Below, piece by piece: positions 38,625-48,124 of a DNA stretch of 64,000 nt; position 1 is the first letter of the stretch; every line of letters starts with the position of its first letter. Both the position numbers and the translations under genes were made by a program. Source of the stretch: a virus (lineage: Duplodnaviria > Heunggongvirae > Uroviricota > Caudoviricetes); IMG/VR virus record IMGVR_UViG_3300020049_016248; one strand, 5' to 3'. Below the pieces are notes generated by a model. The model was not told where the DNA came from and made no database searches. It worked only from the letters and a program-made list of their open reading frames with translations.

Positions 38625-38957
38625 TTATTTGAAAAGACCAATGATTGCTAATACAACACCAAAGATAATTTGAACAATCGCCCAAGCAGTAGTAGAAATA
38701 GTTTTAAAAGTCTTCAGACGTTCAATTTCATCTCTCATAGATCTAATCTGTGAAGGTGAAGCAACATCGTCAATATCTTTTTTCCATTGCTTTAACTCAC
38801 CGATAACAGATGTAGTAGCTTTAATTTCAGCCATTTCTTCTCTCATATCAGCTAGTTCAGTTTTAATACTTTCATAGTTAGAATTTAAACGTTCTAACTC
38901 TTTAAGAACATGTTTTGACCATATTTCCCATGATTCTCCTTGAGGATTCTCTGCCAT
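38625..38957 (-). CDS. coiled-coil protein with C-terminal TM (XhlA/holin-like)
   Basis: heptad repeats then AWAIVQIIFGVVLAIIGLF. Confidence 0.55.
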   Translation of the reverse strand: MAENPQGESWEIWSKHVLKELERLNSNYESIKTELADMREEMAEIKATTSVIGELKQWKKDIDDVASPSQIRSMRDEIERLKTFKTISTTAWAIVQIIFGVVLAIIGLFK

Positions 38958-39460
38958 TATAAATCTCTATGAAAATTAACAATATTTTGAAAGTCATCAA
39001 AGTCTTGAACAATATGTCCAGAAACTTTAATAACACCTGTAGGATATACTAATATAGCAATATATTGATTTCCTTCATAGTAACCAAATTTAACAACGTT
39101 ATTTACACTTTCTTCAGCTTCACCAATATTCAAATGTAAATCATTCGCCCAATTTTCTAAATTAAAAATTGCAACTTCTTGTACTGAACTTTCAATTCTA
39201 TCTTTCTCTGAAGTCTGTGTAGGTGTTTCAATTGAAACTTCATCTGCTTCAGCAACAACATTTACAGTAGTTTTATCAGCTATTTTAGATATTTTATCTG
39301 CATCCATAGTAGCTAGATCTTTAACTTTAATATTAACACCTTTAGTTGATGGTAATTCTTCTTTTATAAAGTTTTGTTGAGAAATACTATGGTCAACGCG
39401 TGAAATTGCTTCGTTGATTAATGAAGTTATACGAGATTGTCTTTTTGCTTTGTAAGACAT
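38957..39460 (-). CDS. late hypothetical protein
   Basis: TATTTA upstream on minus strand (39485-39490); LINEA and FIKEE sites. Confidence 0.6.
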   Translation of the reverse strand: MSYKAKRQSRITSLINEAISRVDHSISQQNFIKEELPSTKGVNIKVKDLATMDADKISKIADKTTVNVVAEADEVSIETPTQTSEKDRIESSVQEVAIFNLENWANDLHLNIGEAEESVNNVVKFGYYEGNQYIAILVYPTGVIKVSGHIVQDFDDFQNIVNFHRDL

Positions 39461-39573
39461 TGTTAATGTTACCTAGGTTTCCTTTAAATATGGAAAAAAA
39501 ACAAGAAAGAAAATTGTTTTCTAAAAAAAAGTTCTTAAATTAAGGTCTAATTTAAAAATATAACTTTATAACC

Positions 39574-39819
39574 ATGTATGAACAATTAAAAGAAAACCTT
39601 TCTAAAGGTATTGTTTGTTTCGAATACGAAAAAAGCAATGGGGAAGTACGTAAAGCAATTGGGACAGCTAATTTAAGTTTTATCCCTGAACAATCTCACC
39701 CTAAAACTGCAGTCGAAGAAAAAGGTTCTAGTTTCCCTTATTACGATTTTGCAAAAAAAGATTGGAGAAGTGTAAAGTCTACTAATGTAAAAAGCATTAT
39801 TGCAACTTCTCAACAATAA
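39574..39819 (+). CDS. SH3 beta-barrel / WYL_2 (DUF2693-like) protein
   Basis: F.YEKSNGEVRKAIGT ... YYDFAKKDWRS. Confidence 0.75.
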   Translation: MYEQLKENLSKGIVCFEYEKSNGEVRKAIGTANLSFIPEQSHPKTAVEEKGSSFPYYDFAKKDWRSVKSTNVKSIIATSQQ

Positions 39820-39839
39820 CAAAAGATTTTTATTATTTG

Positions 39840-39871
39840 AAATCCTTCAGAAATTCTGAAGGATTTTTTTT
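39840..39871 (+). terminator. terminator
   Basis: AAATCCTTCAG-aaatt-CTGAAGGATTTTTTTT. Confidence 0.8.
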
Positions 39872-39929
39872 GTCTCATTGTTTTTGATAATTGTTTTGTA
39901 CACTTTTAAAGAAATTTAAAATATATATA

Positions 39930-40601
39930 ATGACAAACAACACAGGAACATCTGAACAAAAAGAAAAAACAATGTTAGGGGAACCTAACGGAAACCTAGG
40001 TTTATCCCTTGAAGAAAGAGCACAAATTATTGAAGAAGCAATTCCACATATGGAAAAGTTTTTAACTGCATTACGTTTTGATCACGAAAATGCAGCACAC
40101 ATGAAAGACACCCCAAGACGTTTTACTAAAGCTTTGGTGAATGAATTAATGGGAGGTTGTTATTCACAAGAACCTAAAATTACAGCATTTGAAAATACAG
40201 ATAAGTATGATGGAATGGTATTTCAAGGAAATATTGAATTGAAATCGTTATGTTCTCATCATCTTTTACCTTTTGTAGGTAAAGCTCATGTAGCTTATAT
40301 CCCTGGTAAAGATGGAAAAGTAATCGGTTTATCAAAATTAAATCGTATTGTAGATTTCTTTTCTCGTAGACCACAAGTGCAAGAAAATTTAACTATGCAA
40401 ATACATGACTTTATTAATAAAACATGTGAAGGTAATCAAGGTGTAGCAGTATTCATTGAAGCAGGCCATATGTGTGCATGTTTGAGAGGTATTCAACATG
40501 ATTCAACTATGATGACTTCTAAATTATCTGGTTGTTTTATGGATGACAGTAGTTTATCTAGACAAGAGTTTTATGATTTTGTTAACAAATTAAAAAAATA
40601 A
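39930..40601 (+). CDS. folE: GTP cyclohydrolase I (start revised to ATG 39930)
   Basis: [41 protein letters not shown]. Confidence 0.95.
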   Translation: MTNNTGTSEQKEKTMLGEPNGNLGLSLEERAQIIEEAIPHMEKFLTALRFDHENAAHMKDTPRRFTKALVNELMGGCYSQEPKITAFENTDKYDGMVFQGNIELKSLCSHHLLPFVGKAHVAYIPGKDGKVIGLSKLNRIVDFFSRRPQVQENLTMQIHDFINKTCEGNQGVAVFIEAGHMCACLRGIQHDSTMMTSKLSGCFMDDSSLSRQEFYDFVNKLKK

Positions 40602-40605
40602 AAAA

Positions 40606-41148
40606 ATGGAAAAAGTAAACACAGCAACTGTAACAGGAACAGGTGCAGAAATAGCAACACGTATTGGTTTTACTCCTAAAGAAGGAACGTTAGACAATTG
40701 GCCGATGACAGGTGAGAAGTTTATCATTGATGCAGAGTTAGCAGAGTATGGTAAATTTTTAATTAGAAAGTATCGTAATGACCTTTTAGGGTCAAATATA
40801 CAATATGTATTCAAACAAAAAGCATCTAAGCAAGGTGAATTAGCAATTCATGGTCAAGCTAAAACTGAAAATGATTTACAAAAAATATTACATGGATTAG
40901 ATGCAGTAATTATTATTGGTTGGGATGAATGGTGTGCGTTAGATGTAGATAATAAATTGCGTGTTATGCTACATGAACTTGAAAAACTTCAATTTGATGA
41001 TAAAAACAAATTAAAGTCTACTAATCCTTCAGTAATGCAGTTCCCTTTAGTTATGCAAGTTTTCGGACCATCTTCACAAAATGAAATTGATTTAATTTCA
41101 GCTTATTCTCGCTTCTGTAAAGACAACGGTGGTGATGGAAAGTTTTAA
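40606..41148 (+). CDS. putative phage metallopeptidase-like protein (HExxH degenerate)
   Basis: IQYVF, GQAK, DAVIII..DEW..L, LHELEK. Confidence 0.55.
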   Translation: MEKVNTATVTGTGAEIATRIGFTPKEGTLDNWPMTGEKFIIDAELAEYGKFLIRKYRNDLLGSNIQYVFKQKASKQGELAIHGQAKTENDLQKILHGLDAVIIIGWDEWCALDVDNKLRVMLHELEKLQFDDKNKLKSTNPSVMQFPLVMQVFGPSSQNEIDLISAYSRFCKDNGGDGKF

Positions 41149-41160
41149 AAACTAAAGAAG

Positions 41161-41634
41161 ATGAGAGTAATACTATTAAAGTTTGATTGTTTAAACTTAA
41201 ACGGACGAATTTATCGAAAGGAAAGTGTTATCCCTCTTCTAGATGAATTAAATAGTAATGATATTTACGGTGAATTGGAAAATTTACCTTGTGAAGAAGT
41301 TAGTCCTTCAGAAGCTTCTCATGTTGTGAGAAATATTCGAATTGAAGGGGAATATTTAACAGGGGAAGTAGAAATTTTAAACACACCAAAAGGGGAAATT
41401 TTACGTAAAGATTTAAGTAATAGGGTTTTCAGAAGTAGAGGTCAAGGTTGGATAGATGGTTTAACTCATGAAGTTAGACTTGAAAAAGTTTTTTCTTTTG
41501 ATGCTATAAAGAAAGAAGATGATGCATTTGAAATTACTGACTTACAAGTAATTGAATCAGACTTAGAAAAGGAAATAAGTAAGATAAAAAAAGAGTTGAA
41601 GGAAGAAATAATAAACGAAATCGAAAAGGGTTAA
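41161..41634 (+). CDS. second, minimal prohead-protease paralog lacking the catalytic His
   Basis: NLNGRIY, YGELENLP, SHVV, GEVEILNTPKGEIL, RSRGQG. Confidence 0.8.
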   Translation: MRVILLKFDCLNLNGRIYRKESVIPLLDELNSNDIYGELENLPCEEVSPSEASHVVRNIRIEGEYLTGEVEILNTPKGEILRKDLSNRVFRSRGQGWIDGLTHEVRLEKVFSFDAIKKEDDAFEITDLQVIESDLEKEISKIKKELKEEIINEIEKG

Positions 41635-41638
41635 AATA

Positions 41639-42475
41639 ATGGAGAAAAGAAAACATATTTCCTTTTCAGAGTATAGACTTTATGCTGCATGTAGTTTTAA
41701 ACATGCTATTCAATATAGACTCAAATTACAAGAAGGTACAAATGAATTTTTAGTGTTCGGTTCTGCTTTACATTCTTCAATTGAAGAAATTATTCAAAAG
41801 AAGCATAGTAAAATCTTATACGAAAAAGTATTCAAGAAGTATTTAGAAATCGAATCTAATATTATTACTTTAAATTCTTACTTTGGTAGAAACTTTTCTA
41901 TTCAAGGAACAGCAATCTTAAAGACATTAGATTTCTTTGAAAGATTCAAAGAGTATGATGTTGTTGGTGTTGAAGAGGAAATAATGGAACCTTTATTTCA
42001 AGATGAAGATGGGGAGTTCAAATTCAAAGGTATCATTGACTTAATATTAAAACACAAAGAAACAGGGGATATATTAATTATAGATTGGAAGTCAGCAACA
42101 AAACCTTGGGATATAGATAAAAAACTAGAGGATAAAAGTTTTTTTGGACAATTAGCTTTATATAAACATTTCTTTTCTAAAAAACATAATATACCCTTAG
42201 ATAAAATAACTACTCGATTTGTCGCTTTAGCACGAGACCCAATTGATGTACAACAGTATGAGATTAAAATCTCTGATGAGTTTAGAGAATATATTGTTGA
42301 GGATATGACTAGAGTAGCTAAAGAGATAAAACAACAATTACCTTCTACAGAGTTAACTAAAGCTAAAAGTGTTAGTTTAAGTGCATGTAAATATTGCGCG
42401 TTTAATAAAGGTATTTGTACTAATGATTTAAAACAAGATATTGATACAAAAAATGAAGAAGAAAAAAGTATCTAG
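41639..42475 (+). CDS. PD-(D/E)XK RecB/Cas4-like exonuclease
   Basis: HISFS, FGSALH, KGIIDL, IIDWKS, QLALY, CKYC...C. Confidence 0.88.
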   Translation: MEKRKHISFSEYRLYAACSFKHAIQYRLKLQEGTNEFLVFGSALHSSIEEIIQKKHSKILYEKVFKKYLEIESNIITLNSYFGRNFSIQGTAILKTLDFFERFKEYDVVGVEEEIMEPLFQDEDGEFKFKGIIDLILKHKETGDILIIDWKSATKPWDIDKKLEDKSFFGQLALYKHFFSKKHNIPLDKITTRFVALARDPIDVQQYEIKISDEFREYIVEDMTRVAKEIKQQLPSTELTKAKSVSLSACKYCAFNKGICTNDLKQDIDTKNEEEKSI

Positions 42476-43118
42476 AAGACCTCGTGTTGGTATTGTTATC
42501 GACTATAGTCTTCGTGTACCTAATTTTAAAGAAAGTTATCTAAAGTTTAAAGAACAAGTATTAGTAGGTGTAGCTTCTGCTGCTAATTTAGGTGAAGAAG
42601 ATATTTTAGATGAAAATAACTTCTGGGAGAAAGAAAAGAAACTACACCCAGAAATGATTACTTTTTACTCTAAAACACCAGTCCCTAATTCCAATTGGGA
42701 ACCTGGATTCGATTTAACATATACAAAGTATTTCTTTAACAAAGATCATTTATCTAAATTTTTAGAAGAGTGGTCTTTTAATTTATTTGGACAAGGTATT
42801 ATTGCTAATAAAGCTGATATTAACATTGTTAATTTAGCTCAAAGTAAATTGTTTGATGTAGTTTTATTAGATGTAATTACACATACAAGAAAAGTAGCTA
42901 ATACTTTTGCGTTTTTATCTAAATCTGGTTTGTTTGTAAAAGAAGTAAGATTTGTAAGTGAAAGTGAATTAGAATCTTTAGGGAAAGAGTTTATAGGTTT
43001 ATGGAACCCTTTTTTAGAAGAAGGTAAAGTTATAGAAGGTGTAGGTAAGTTTGAGAAACCTACGCAGAAACTTTTAGATTGGTTTATGGAATTAGAAACA
43101 AAGCAAAATACATTATGA
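42453..43118 (+). CDS. hypothetical protein, possibly degenerate HAD/nucleotidase-like
   Basis: VGIVIDYSLR N-terminal strand. Confidence 0.45.
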   Translation: MKKKKVSRRPRVGIVIDYSLRVPNFKESYLKFKEQVLVGVASAANLGEEDILDENNFWEKEKKLHPEMITFYSKTPVPNSNWEPGFDLTYTKYFFNKDHLSKFLEEWSFNLFGQGIIANKADINIVNLAQSKLFDVVLLDVITHTRKVANTFAFLSKSGLFVKEVRFVSESELESLGKEFIGLWNPFLEEGKVIEGVGKFEKPTQKLLDWFMELETKQNTL

Positions 43119-43408
43119 TTAAAAATTATTTAATATTTCAAGCAACTATAGGTATAAAAGGACTTAGGATGGAGGAGGCAACGAAAAGTAGTCAAGAAGT
43201 TCAAACTATTTTACAAAAAGAATTAGAACAAGAAGGTTTTACTGTTAAAGTAATTGTTGTTCCAGATACTTCTATAGAATATGGTGTTGATATTAAGTTA
43301 ATTTACCCAGTCTATAACTTAATAGATAAAGATGCTTATGATAAACATATAGAACTACATCAAGAAATAGATAAGATTAAAAAAGAATTAGAGACTAAAG
43401 TTGATTAA
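43115..43408 (+). CDS. hypothetical protein
   Basis: ATGA overlap; ends LHQEIDKIKKELETKVD (weak tag). Confidence 0.6.
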   Translation: MIKNYLIFQATIGIKGLRMEEATKSSQEVQTILQKELEQEGFTVKVIVVPDTSIEYGVDIKLIYPVYNLIDKDAYDKHIELHQEIDKIKKELETKVD

Positions 43409-43462
43409 ACTAGATAAAATAATCACTTTTAACAAAAATGAAAAACATTCGAACACAAAACA

Positions 43463-44716
43463 ATGGGTAAGAAAAATAGAAAAAAATCAGAGTTTCAAAA
43501 GCAATTAGAAGCTGGATTTAGAACACAAACAGATATGAAAATGTCAGAAGAAAAAAGAAAAGAACAAAGATATAATAAGTTAGAGAGAATCTTTAATGAA
43601 TTTGGAGATAATAAAAATCGTTATTTATTATATTGTCCTGATATTCCTTTTGCTTGTACTTTAGTTAGAACTGTTTATGAGCATGCTCGTTTACTTAATG
43701 AACTTGGCTTTAATGCACAAATTATTCATGAAGTAAAAGGATTTAAACCTTCTTACTTAAAAGCTGAAGAGTCAAAAGGTATAACTATTAACTATCTTCA
43801 AGAGAAAGATAAGTTTGGTAAATTATCAAAACCAGATTTTAGTTTCTTTCCAACTGATTCAATTATTATACCTGATGGGTTTTGGACTGTGATGACAGGA
43901 TTCATTAACACAAAAACTTTACATAAAATTGTATTAGCAACAGGTTATGGTGGATTTTACACAGCAGAGCCAGGAGCTAACTGGAGTACTTTAGGTTTTA
44001 CAGATGTATTATGTTTATCTGAACAATTGAAAGAAGATTACTCTAAACTATGGCCAGAGTTAAAATATCATGTTACAGGTTATTCAATTGATAGAGAAAG
44101 TTTTAAACCTTTAAGTAAAACAGAAATTCAACCTTCTATAGCTTTATCTTGTCGTAGTAGAGAAGATGCTCAAGCATTAATTAATATTTTCTATAGCAAA
44201 TATCCATTTTTAGATTTATTCCAATTTAGAGTTCTAAAGAAATTGGATGTTGAAAATTACACAGAAACTTTAAAGAGATCATCTTGTTTGGTTTTTGTAG
44301 ATGAAAAAGCTGGACATCCTGCTCCACCTTTAGAAGCTTTAGCAAGTAATGTACCTGTGATTGCTGTATATGGTAGAGGTATGGAACATTTATCTGAACA
44401 AGAAGGAATGATTTGGGCTCCAACGAACGACTTATTTATTTTAGCTGAAATGATAGCTGAGTTTTGCATCAATTGGTTAGAAAATAACATTGCCCCTTTA
44501 TCAGTTGATAAAGTTTTAGATAATTATGATGTTAAGCAGGTAAAATCTCGTTTGTTGAGTGCAACAAAAGATCTACAAGCACATAAAGTAAAGTTGTTTA
44601 CTGCTATAAAGACTGCAGTAGATCAAGGGAAATTAGACGAGACAATGTTAGATGACTTGGTTATGCCTTTAGAAAATAAAGGAGCTCAAGAACCAGCAAT
44701 GTCAGTAGTAAAATAG
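43463..44716 (+). CDS. glycosyltransferase (GT-B/GT4-like)
   Basis: YEHARLL..LGFNA, DSIIIPD, GHPAPPLEALASNVPVI. Confidence 0.75.
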   Translation: MGKKNRKKSEFQKQLEAGFRTQTDMKMSEEKRKEQRYNKLERIFNEFGDNKNRYLLYCPDIPFACTLVRTVYEHARLLNELGFNAQIIHEVKGFKPSYLKAEESKGITINYLQEKDKFGKLSKPDFSFFPTDSIIIPDGFWTVMTGFINTKTLHKIVLATGYGGFYTAEPGANWSTLGFTDVLCLSEQLKEDYSKLWPELKYHVTGYSIDRESFKPLSKTEIQPSIALSCRSREDAQALINIFYSKYPFLDLFQFRVLKKLDVENYTETLKRSSCLVFVDEKAGHPAPPLEALASNVPVIAVYGRGMEHLSEQEGMIWAPTNDLFILAEMIAEFCINWLENNIAPLSVDKVLDNYDVKQVKSRLLSATKDLQAHKVKLFTAIKTAVDQGKLDETMLDDLVMPLENKGAQEPAMSVVK

Positions 44717-44844
44717 TATGCATGAATTATTACACATAATAGGACTTTGTCCTGATAATTTAACTCACACAGATTTGATTGACCTTGTTGCAATTAATTA
44801 TAGTGAGTTAAGTTATTTAACTTTGAATATAAAAAATAAAATAA

Positions 44845-45129
44845 ATGGCACAACGTGGAACACAAAAAGAAGAAAAACCATTAAAAAAGTTGTCAAAAAC
44901 AACAAATAAAGCTCCAGGTAAAAAAGGTAGACCTAAAAAGCAAGACAAATCTAATTTACCTGAAGTGTCTAAAATAGTTCAAACCACACAAGTTGGACCA
45001 GAAGAATTAAAAGCTATTTTAGATAAAGCAAAACAAGAAGAGTCGAAAGCACTTAAGCAAGTTAATGCTCCAGGAGTTAGTCCAGTACAAGTAAATGTCT
45101 TGTATAACCATACAATTAAAAGAAAATAA
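44845..45129 (+). CDS. basic protein with AT-hook-like KKGRPKK
   Basis: motif and Lys richness. Confidence 0.5.
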   Translation: MAQRGTQKEEKPLKKLSKTTNKAPGKKGRPKKQDKSNLPEVSKIVQTTQVGPEELKAILDKAKQEESKALKQVNAPGVSPVQVNVLYNHTIKRK

Positions 45130-45130
45130 T

Positions 45131-45403
45131 ATGATTGAACCTGTTAAGTCTATAGAAATCCCTATAGGTTATACATTAGAGAATAAACTCATTAGCGTAA
45201 TAGTTAATGAGTTTATTTTTAAAAAGATAAGTTCAAAAGAATTTGTTGATATTGAACATTGGCAAAAAGAATTATCTGAAATGTTGTTACTAAAGTTAAA
45301 ACTACCTATTTTTCGAGTAGAATTAACCAAAGAAGATCAATTGATTACCGGGTTAGTTGAAAGTACTAAGAATAATCCTTTAAAATTTGAAATAAAAATA
45401 TAA
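45131..45403 (+). CDS. hypothetical protein
   Basis: ORF in operon. Confidence 0.55.
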   Translation: MIEPVKSIEIPIGYTLENKLISVIVNEFIFKKISSKEFVDIEHWQKELSEMLLLKLKLPIFRVELTKEDQLITGLVESTKNNPLKFEIKI

Positions 45404-46080
45404 TGAAAATTAAATATATCGTTACTGTTCCTAAGAGTGAAGATGCTACAGAAGCAAATCTAATTTCTGAAACATTAAAAAGTGTTACAACTATTATTGG
45501 TTCATCTAGAGATGAAGTAAGTGTTGTGAGATACGAATTAAACAAAGAAGAAGAAGAAATCAATAAAGAAGTTAATAAAACAGCTGATGCATTTACACAT
45601 GTTGTTATTATAAACGCTGGTTCAACTTTAAAAGATCATTTTAGAAAAACTGTAGAAGAATATGTAGGTTCTGACAAAGAAACAATTTATCTACCAATAG
45701 TTGAATTGTATACAGAGGAAGCAGGTGAATATTCTTTCAGAGCATTTTTAAATTCGTCTTTATGGAAACCTTATTTAACTGATGAAGTAGGTAAGTTAGA
45801 TTTAAAATTATCTAAAAGAGGAATTGATTTGATTCAATATGGGGCAATTATTCCACTTGATATACTTAAAAAATATTCATTTAAAGAAGATATTAAATAT
45901 TACTCTTATTTTGAATTTTTTAATCGTGTATTAAGTAATGAGGTAAAAGTTAAAAGTATCCCGCGAACTTTACTTCTTTGCAAAAAAGATTACGAACTTA
46001 AAAACGTTTCAAAAGACGAAAAATTAGAAGAGTTTAAAAAAACGCAAGAAGTCTTTCTCACTACAGTAGTTAATCCTTAA
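45403..46080 (+). CDS. degenerate GT-A (GT2-like) glycosyltransferase-fold protein
   Basis: YIVTVP, IYLPIV, FLN..LW, YFEFFNR..IPR; near the GT-B gene. Confidence 0.45.
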   Translation: MKIKYIVTVPKSEDATEANLISETLKSVTTIIGSSRDEVSVVRYELNKEEEEINKEVNKTADAFTHVVIINAGSTLKDHFRKTVEEYVGSDKETIYLPIVELYTEEAGEYSFRAFLNSSLWKPYLTDEVGKLDLKLSKRGIDLIQYGAIIPLDILKKYSFKEDIKYYSYFEFFNRVLSNEVKVKSIPRTLLLCKKDYELKNVSKDEKLEEFKKTQEVFLTTVVNP

Positions 46081-46109
46081 AATTTTTATTCTCATAACCA
46101 AAAACAAAT

Positions 46110-46140
46110 TTAGCTCTTTGCAATGAAGAGCTAATCTTTT
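46110..46140 (+). terminator. hairpin/terminator
   Basis: TTAGCTCTT..AAGAGCTAA-tcttt. Confidence 0.55.
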
Positions 46141-46160
46141 ATCAATCGGTTATAGAATAA

Positions 46161-47162
46161 ATGCAAGAAGAATCACAAAAGAAAAAAAGAGGTAGAAAAG
46201 CAAAAGTAATTGACGAATCTACCCCAGTTAAAGAAGGATATTTTGGTGCTAAAGAAGAGTTAGCAGTTAAACAATACCTGTCAAAGGATCTCACAGAAAG
46301 AGAGAAAAATAAAATATTTGAAACAATACTAGAACCTTGTTTTAGGGAATTAGTAAATGGTGTCTTACAAATGCCTAAGTTTCAGAAAATCGTAATCATT
46401 GGCTCTAACGAAGAACAGTTAAGAGAAGATGCTTTCTACCATTTAGTCTTTCAAATTCATAAATATGACCCTAATAGAATAGGTAAAAATGGGCAATTAG
46501 CTAAAGCTTATTCATATCTAGGTACTGTTGTAAAGAATTATTTCCTGCAAATTAAAATTCAAAATGATAGCTTAATTGCAAAGCATGGTGGAATGCTAGA
46601 TGTTGATGATTTGAATGATCAAATTCCAGACAATAGAAGAGATCCAAAAGATTTTGATGATTTAAAAAGAAATTTAGTTGAACAATTAGATAAGACGCTT
46701 TTAGCTAAAAGAATGAATAAAAACGATTTAATCGTTGGTCATACTTTAAAATATATGTTGTCTAATTGGCATCGAATTGAATTTAAAACAAAAAACGAAT
46801 TTATACGCCAATTGTGTTATTACACACAATTAAACCCTCCTGTAGTTGCAAGAAGTTTAAAGAAATTTAAAACTTTAGTTTATGACTTTTTAATGCAACC
46901 TGTTAAACCTCAAAAAAATAAAGAAGATAAACCTAAAGTTAAAGCAACTTCAACTTTAGATAAAATCATCACACAAGCTTTTACAACTGAAGATTTGAAA
47001 GAGGGAAAAAAACTAGTTTGTGATTACCTACAAAACACTAAAATTAATATAGAGAACAAAGAAAGTATGATTGAAGAGATTAAATCAGCTAAGTCTCTTA
47101 ATGATTTTCATAGATATTTAAGTAATAGCTTATTAAAATATGAAGGACTTGGTTTAAATTAA
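46161..47162 (+). CDS. gp55: late-transcription sigma factor (gp55-like)
   Basis: YFGAKEELAVKQYL, HKYDP..GQLAKAYSYLGTVVKNY region-2-like motif. Confidence 0.65.
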   Translation: MQEESQKKKRGRKAKVIDESTPVKEGYFGAKEELAVKQYLSKDLTEREKNKIFETILEPCFRELVNGVLQMPKFQKIVIIGSNEEQLREDAFYHLVFQIHKYDPNRIGKNGQLAKAYSYLGTVVKNYFLQIKIQNDSLIAKHGGMLDVDDLNDQIPDNRRDPKDFDDLKRNLVEQLDKTLLAKRMNKNDLIVGHTLKYMLSNWHRIEFKTKNEFIRQLCYYTQLNPPVVARSLKKFKTLVYDFLMQPVKPQKNKEDKPKVKATSTLDKIITQAFTTEDLKEGKKLVCDYLQNTKINIENKESMIEEIKSAKSLNDFHRYLSNSLLKYEGLGLN

Positions 47163-47198
47163 AAACAAGAAGTTGATTAACTATTTAAAATTATTATA

Positions 47199-47606
47199 AT
47201 GTATGTAGAAATTGCACCAAGACAAACAGGGAAAACAGCTAGACTTATAGAAAGATTAGTTGTAGAGGTATTGAATGGAAAAACAGTTGCTTTGGTTAGT
47301 AGAACTAAAACAATGGCAAATAGTATTAAGCATAAAATTTTAGAAAAATACCCGGAAATAAATTCATCTAGAATAATGACTTCACACGTTATGTTAAGGG
47401 GAGTAATAAATTTTGTAGATGAGTTTGATTTTATAGATGAAAAAAATTTATTTATAGATAAAGACAGTTATTATACTACATCACTTCATAATGAATTAGG
47501 TACAGTTTTTACAAGAGATTTATATATAGGGTACATAAATCAACCTGAATTGTCTGAGTTTGAGAAAGTAGTAATTAATATTCAAAAAGAAATTAATAAT
47601 GGCTAA
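47199..47606 (+). CDS. mini terminase-like P-loop ATPase with IxxEL-type tag
   Basis: PRQTGKT, FVDEFD; ends FEKVVINIQKEINNG. Confidence 0.65.
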   Translation: MYVEIAPRQTGKTARLIERLVVEVLNGKTVALVSRTKTMANSIKHKILEKYPEINSSRIMTSHVMLRGVINFVDEFDFIDEKNLFIDKDSYYTTSLHNELGTVFTRDLYIGYINQPELSEFEKVVINIQKEINNG

Positions 47607-47952
47607 GAAAAAAGTTAAAGTTAGTGATGATGGACTAGAGGAACTTATAAACGATTTATATAACAGTTGTTTGGACGATGTTGAAGAAGCAAACTTAAAT
47701 GTAAACTTATATAAAACAGAGGTTTTAAATAACACTTTAGGTAAAGAAAGTTATGGTACTTTATTATCTGATGCTTTAAAAATCAAAGGAGCTGCAAGGG
47801 ATCGAATAATAAAAGTAGTAAATCTAGTAAAGGATAGGGTAAAATCTAAAGAATTTTTAGATAAATCTACAAATCAAGATGATATGTCTCCAGAAAACAT
47901 CGTAAAAGGGTTAGATATGTACTTACAAGAAGACGAAGACGGTGATGAGTAA
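47599..47952 (+). CDS. hypothetical helical protein
   Basis: ORF in operon. Confidence 0.6.
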   Translation: MAKKKVKVSDDGLEELINDLYNSCLDDVEEANLNVNLYKTEVLNNTLGKESYGTLLSDALKIKGAARDRIIKVVNLVKDRVKSKEFLDKSTNQDDMSPENIVKGLDMYLQEDEDGDE

Positions 47953-48124
47953 ATATAAAAATATTTCAAGTGAAGAACTAGAACAAAGACGTAATCTTTT
48001 ACATACTAAATCGGAAAGTTTACGTCTTTCCCTTATTAAGCAATGTGCTGAGTTAGATTCTTTATATAAAGAATTAATGCTTATTACAGGTGAATTGAAA
48101 ATAAGAAAAGAATTGAATGGCTAA
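47942..48124 (+). CDS. small coiled-coil protein
   Basis: ORF in operon. Confidence 0.55.
   Translation: MMSKYKNISSEELEQRRNLLHTKSESLRLSLIKQCAELDSLYKELMLITGELKIRKELNG

Noticed and set aside
4251-48124. Weak tag-like ends in 4251, 18960, 43115 and 47942
   Set aside because: The spacing or the EL core does not fully match, so they were not counted among the strong tag carriers.
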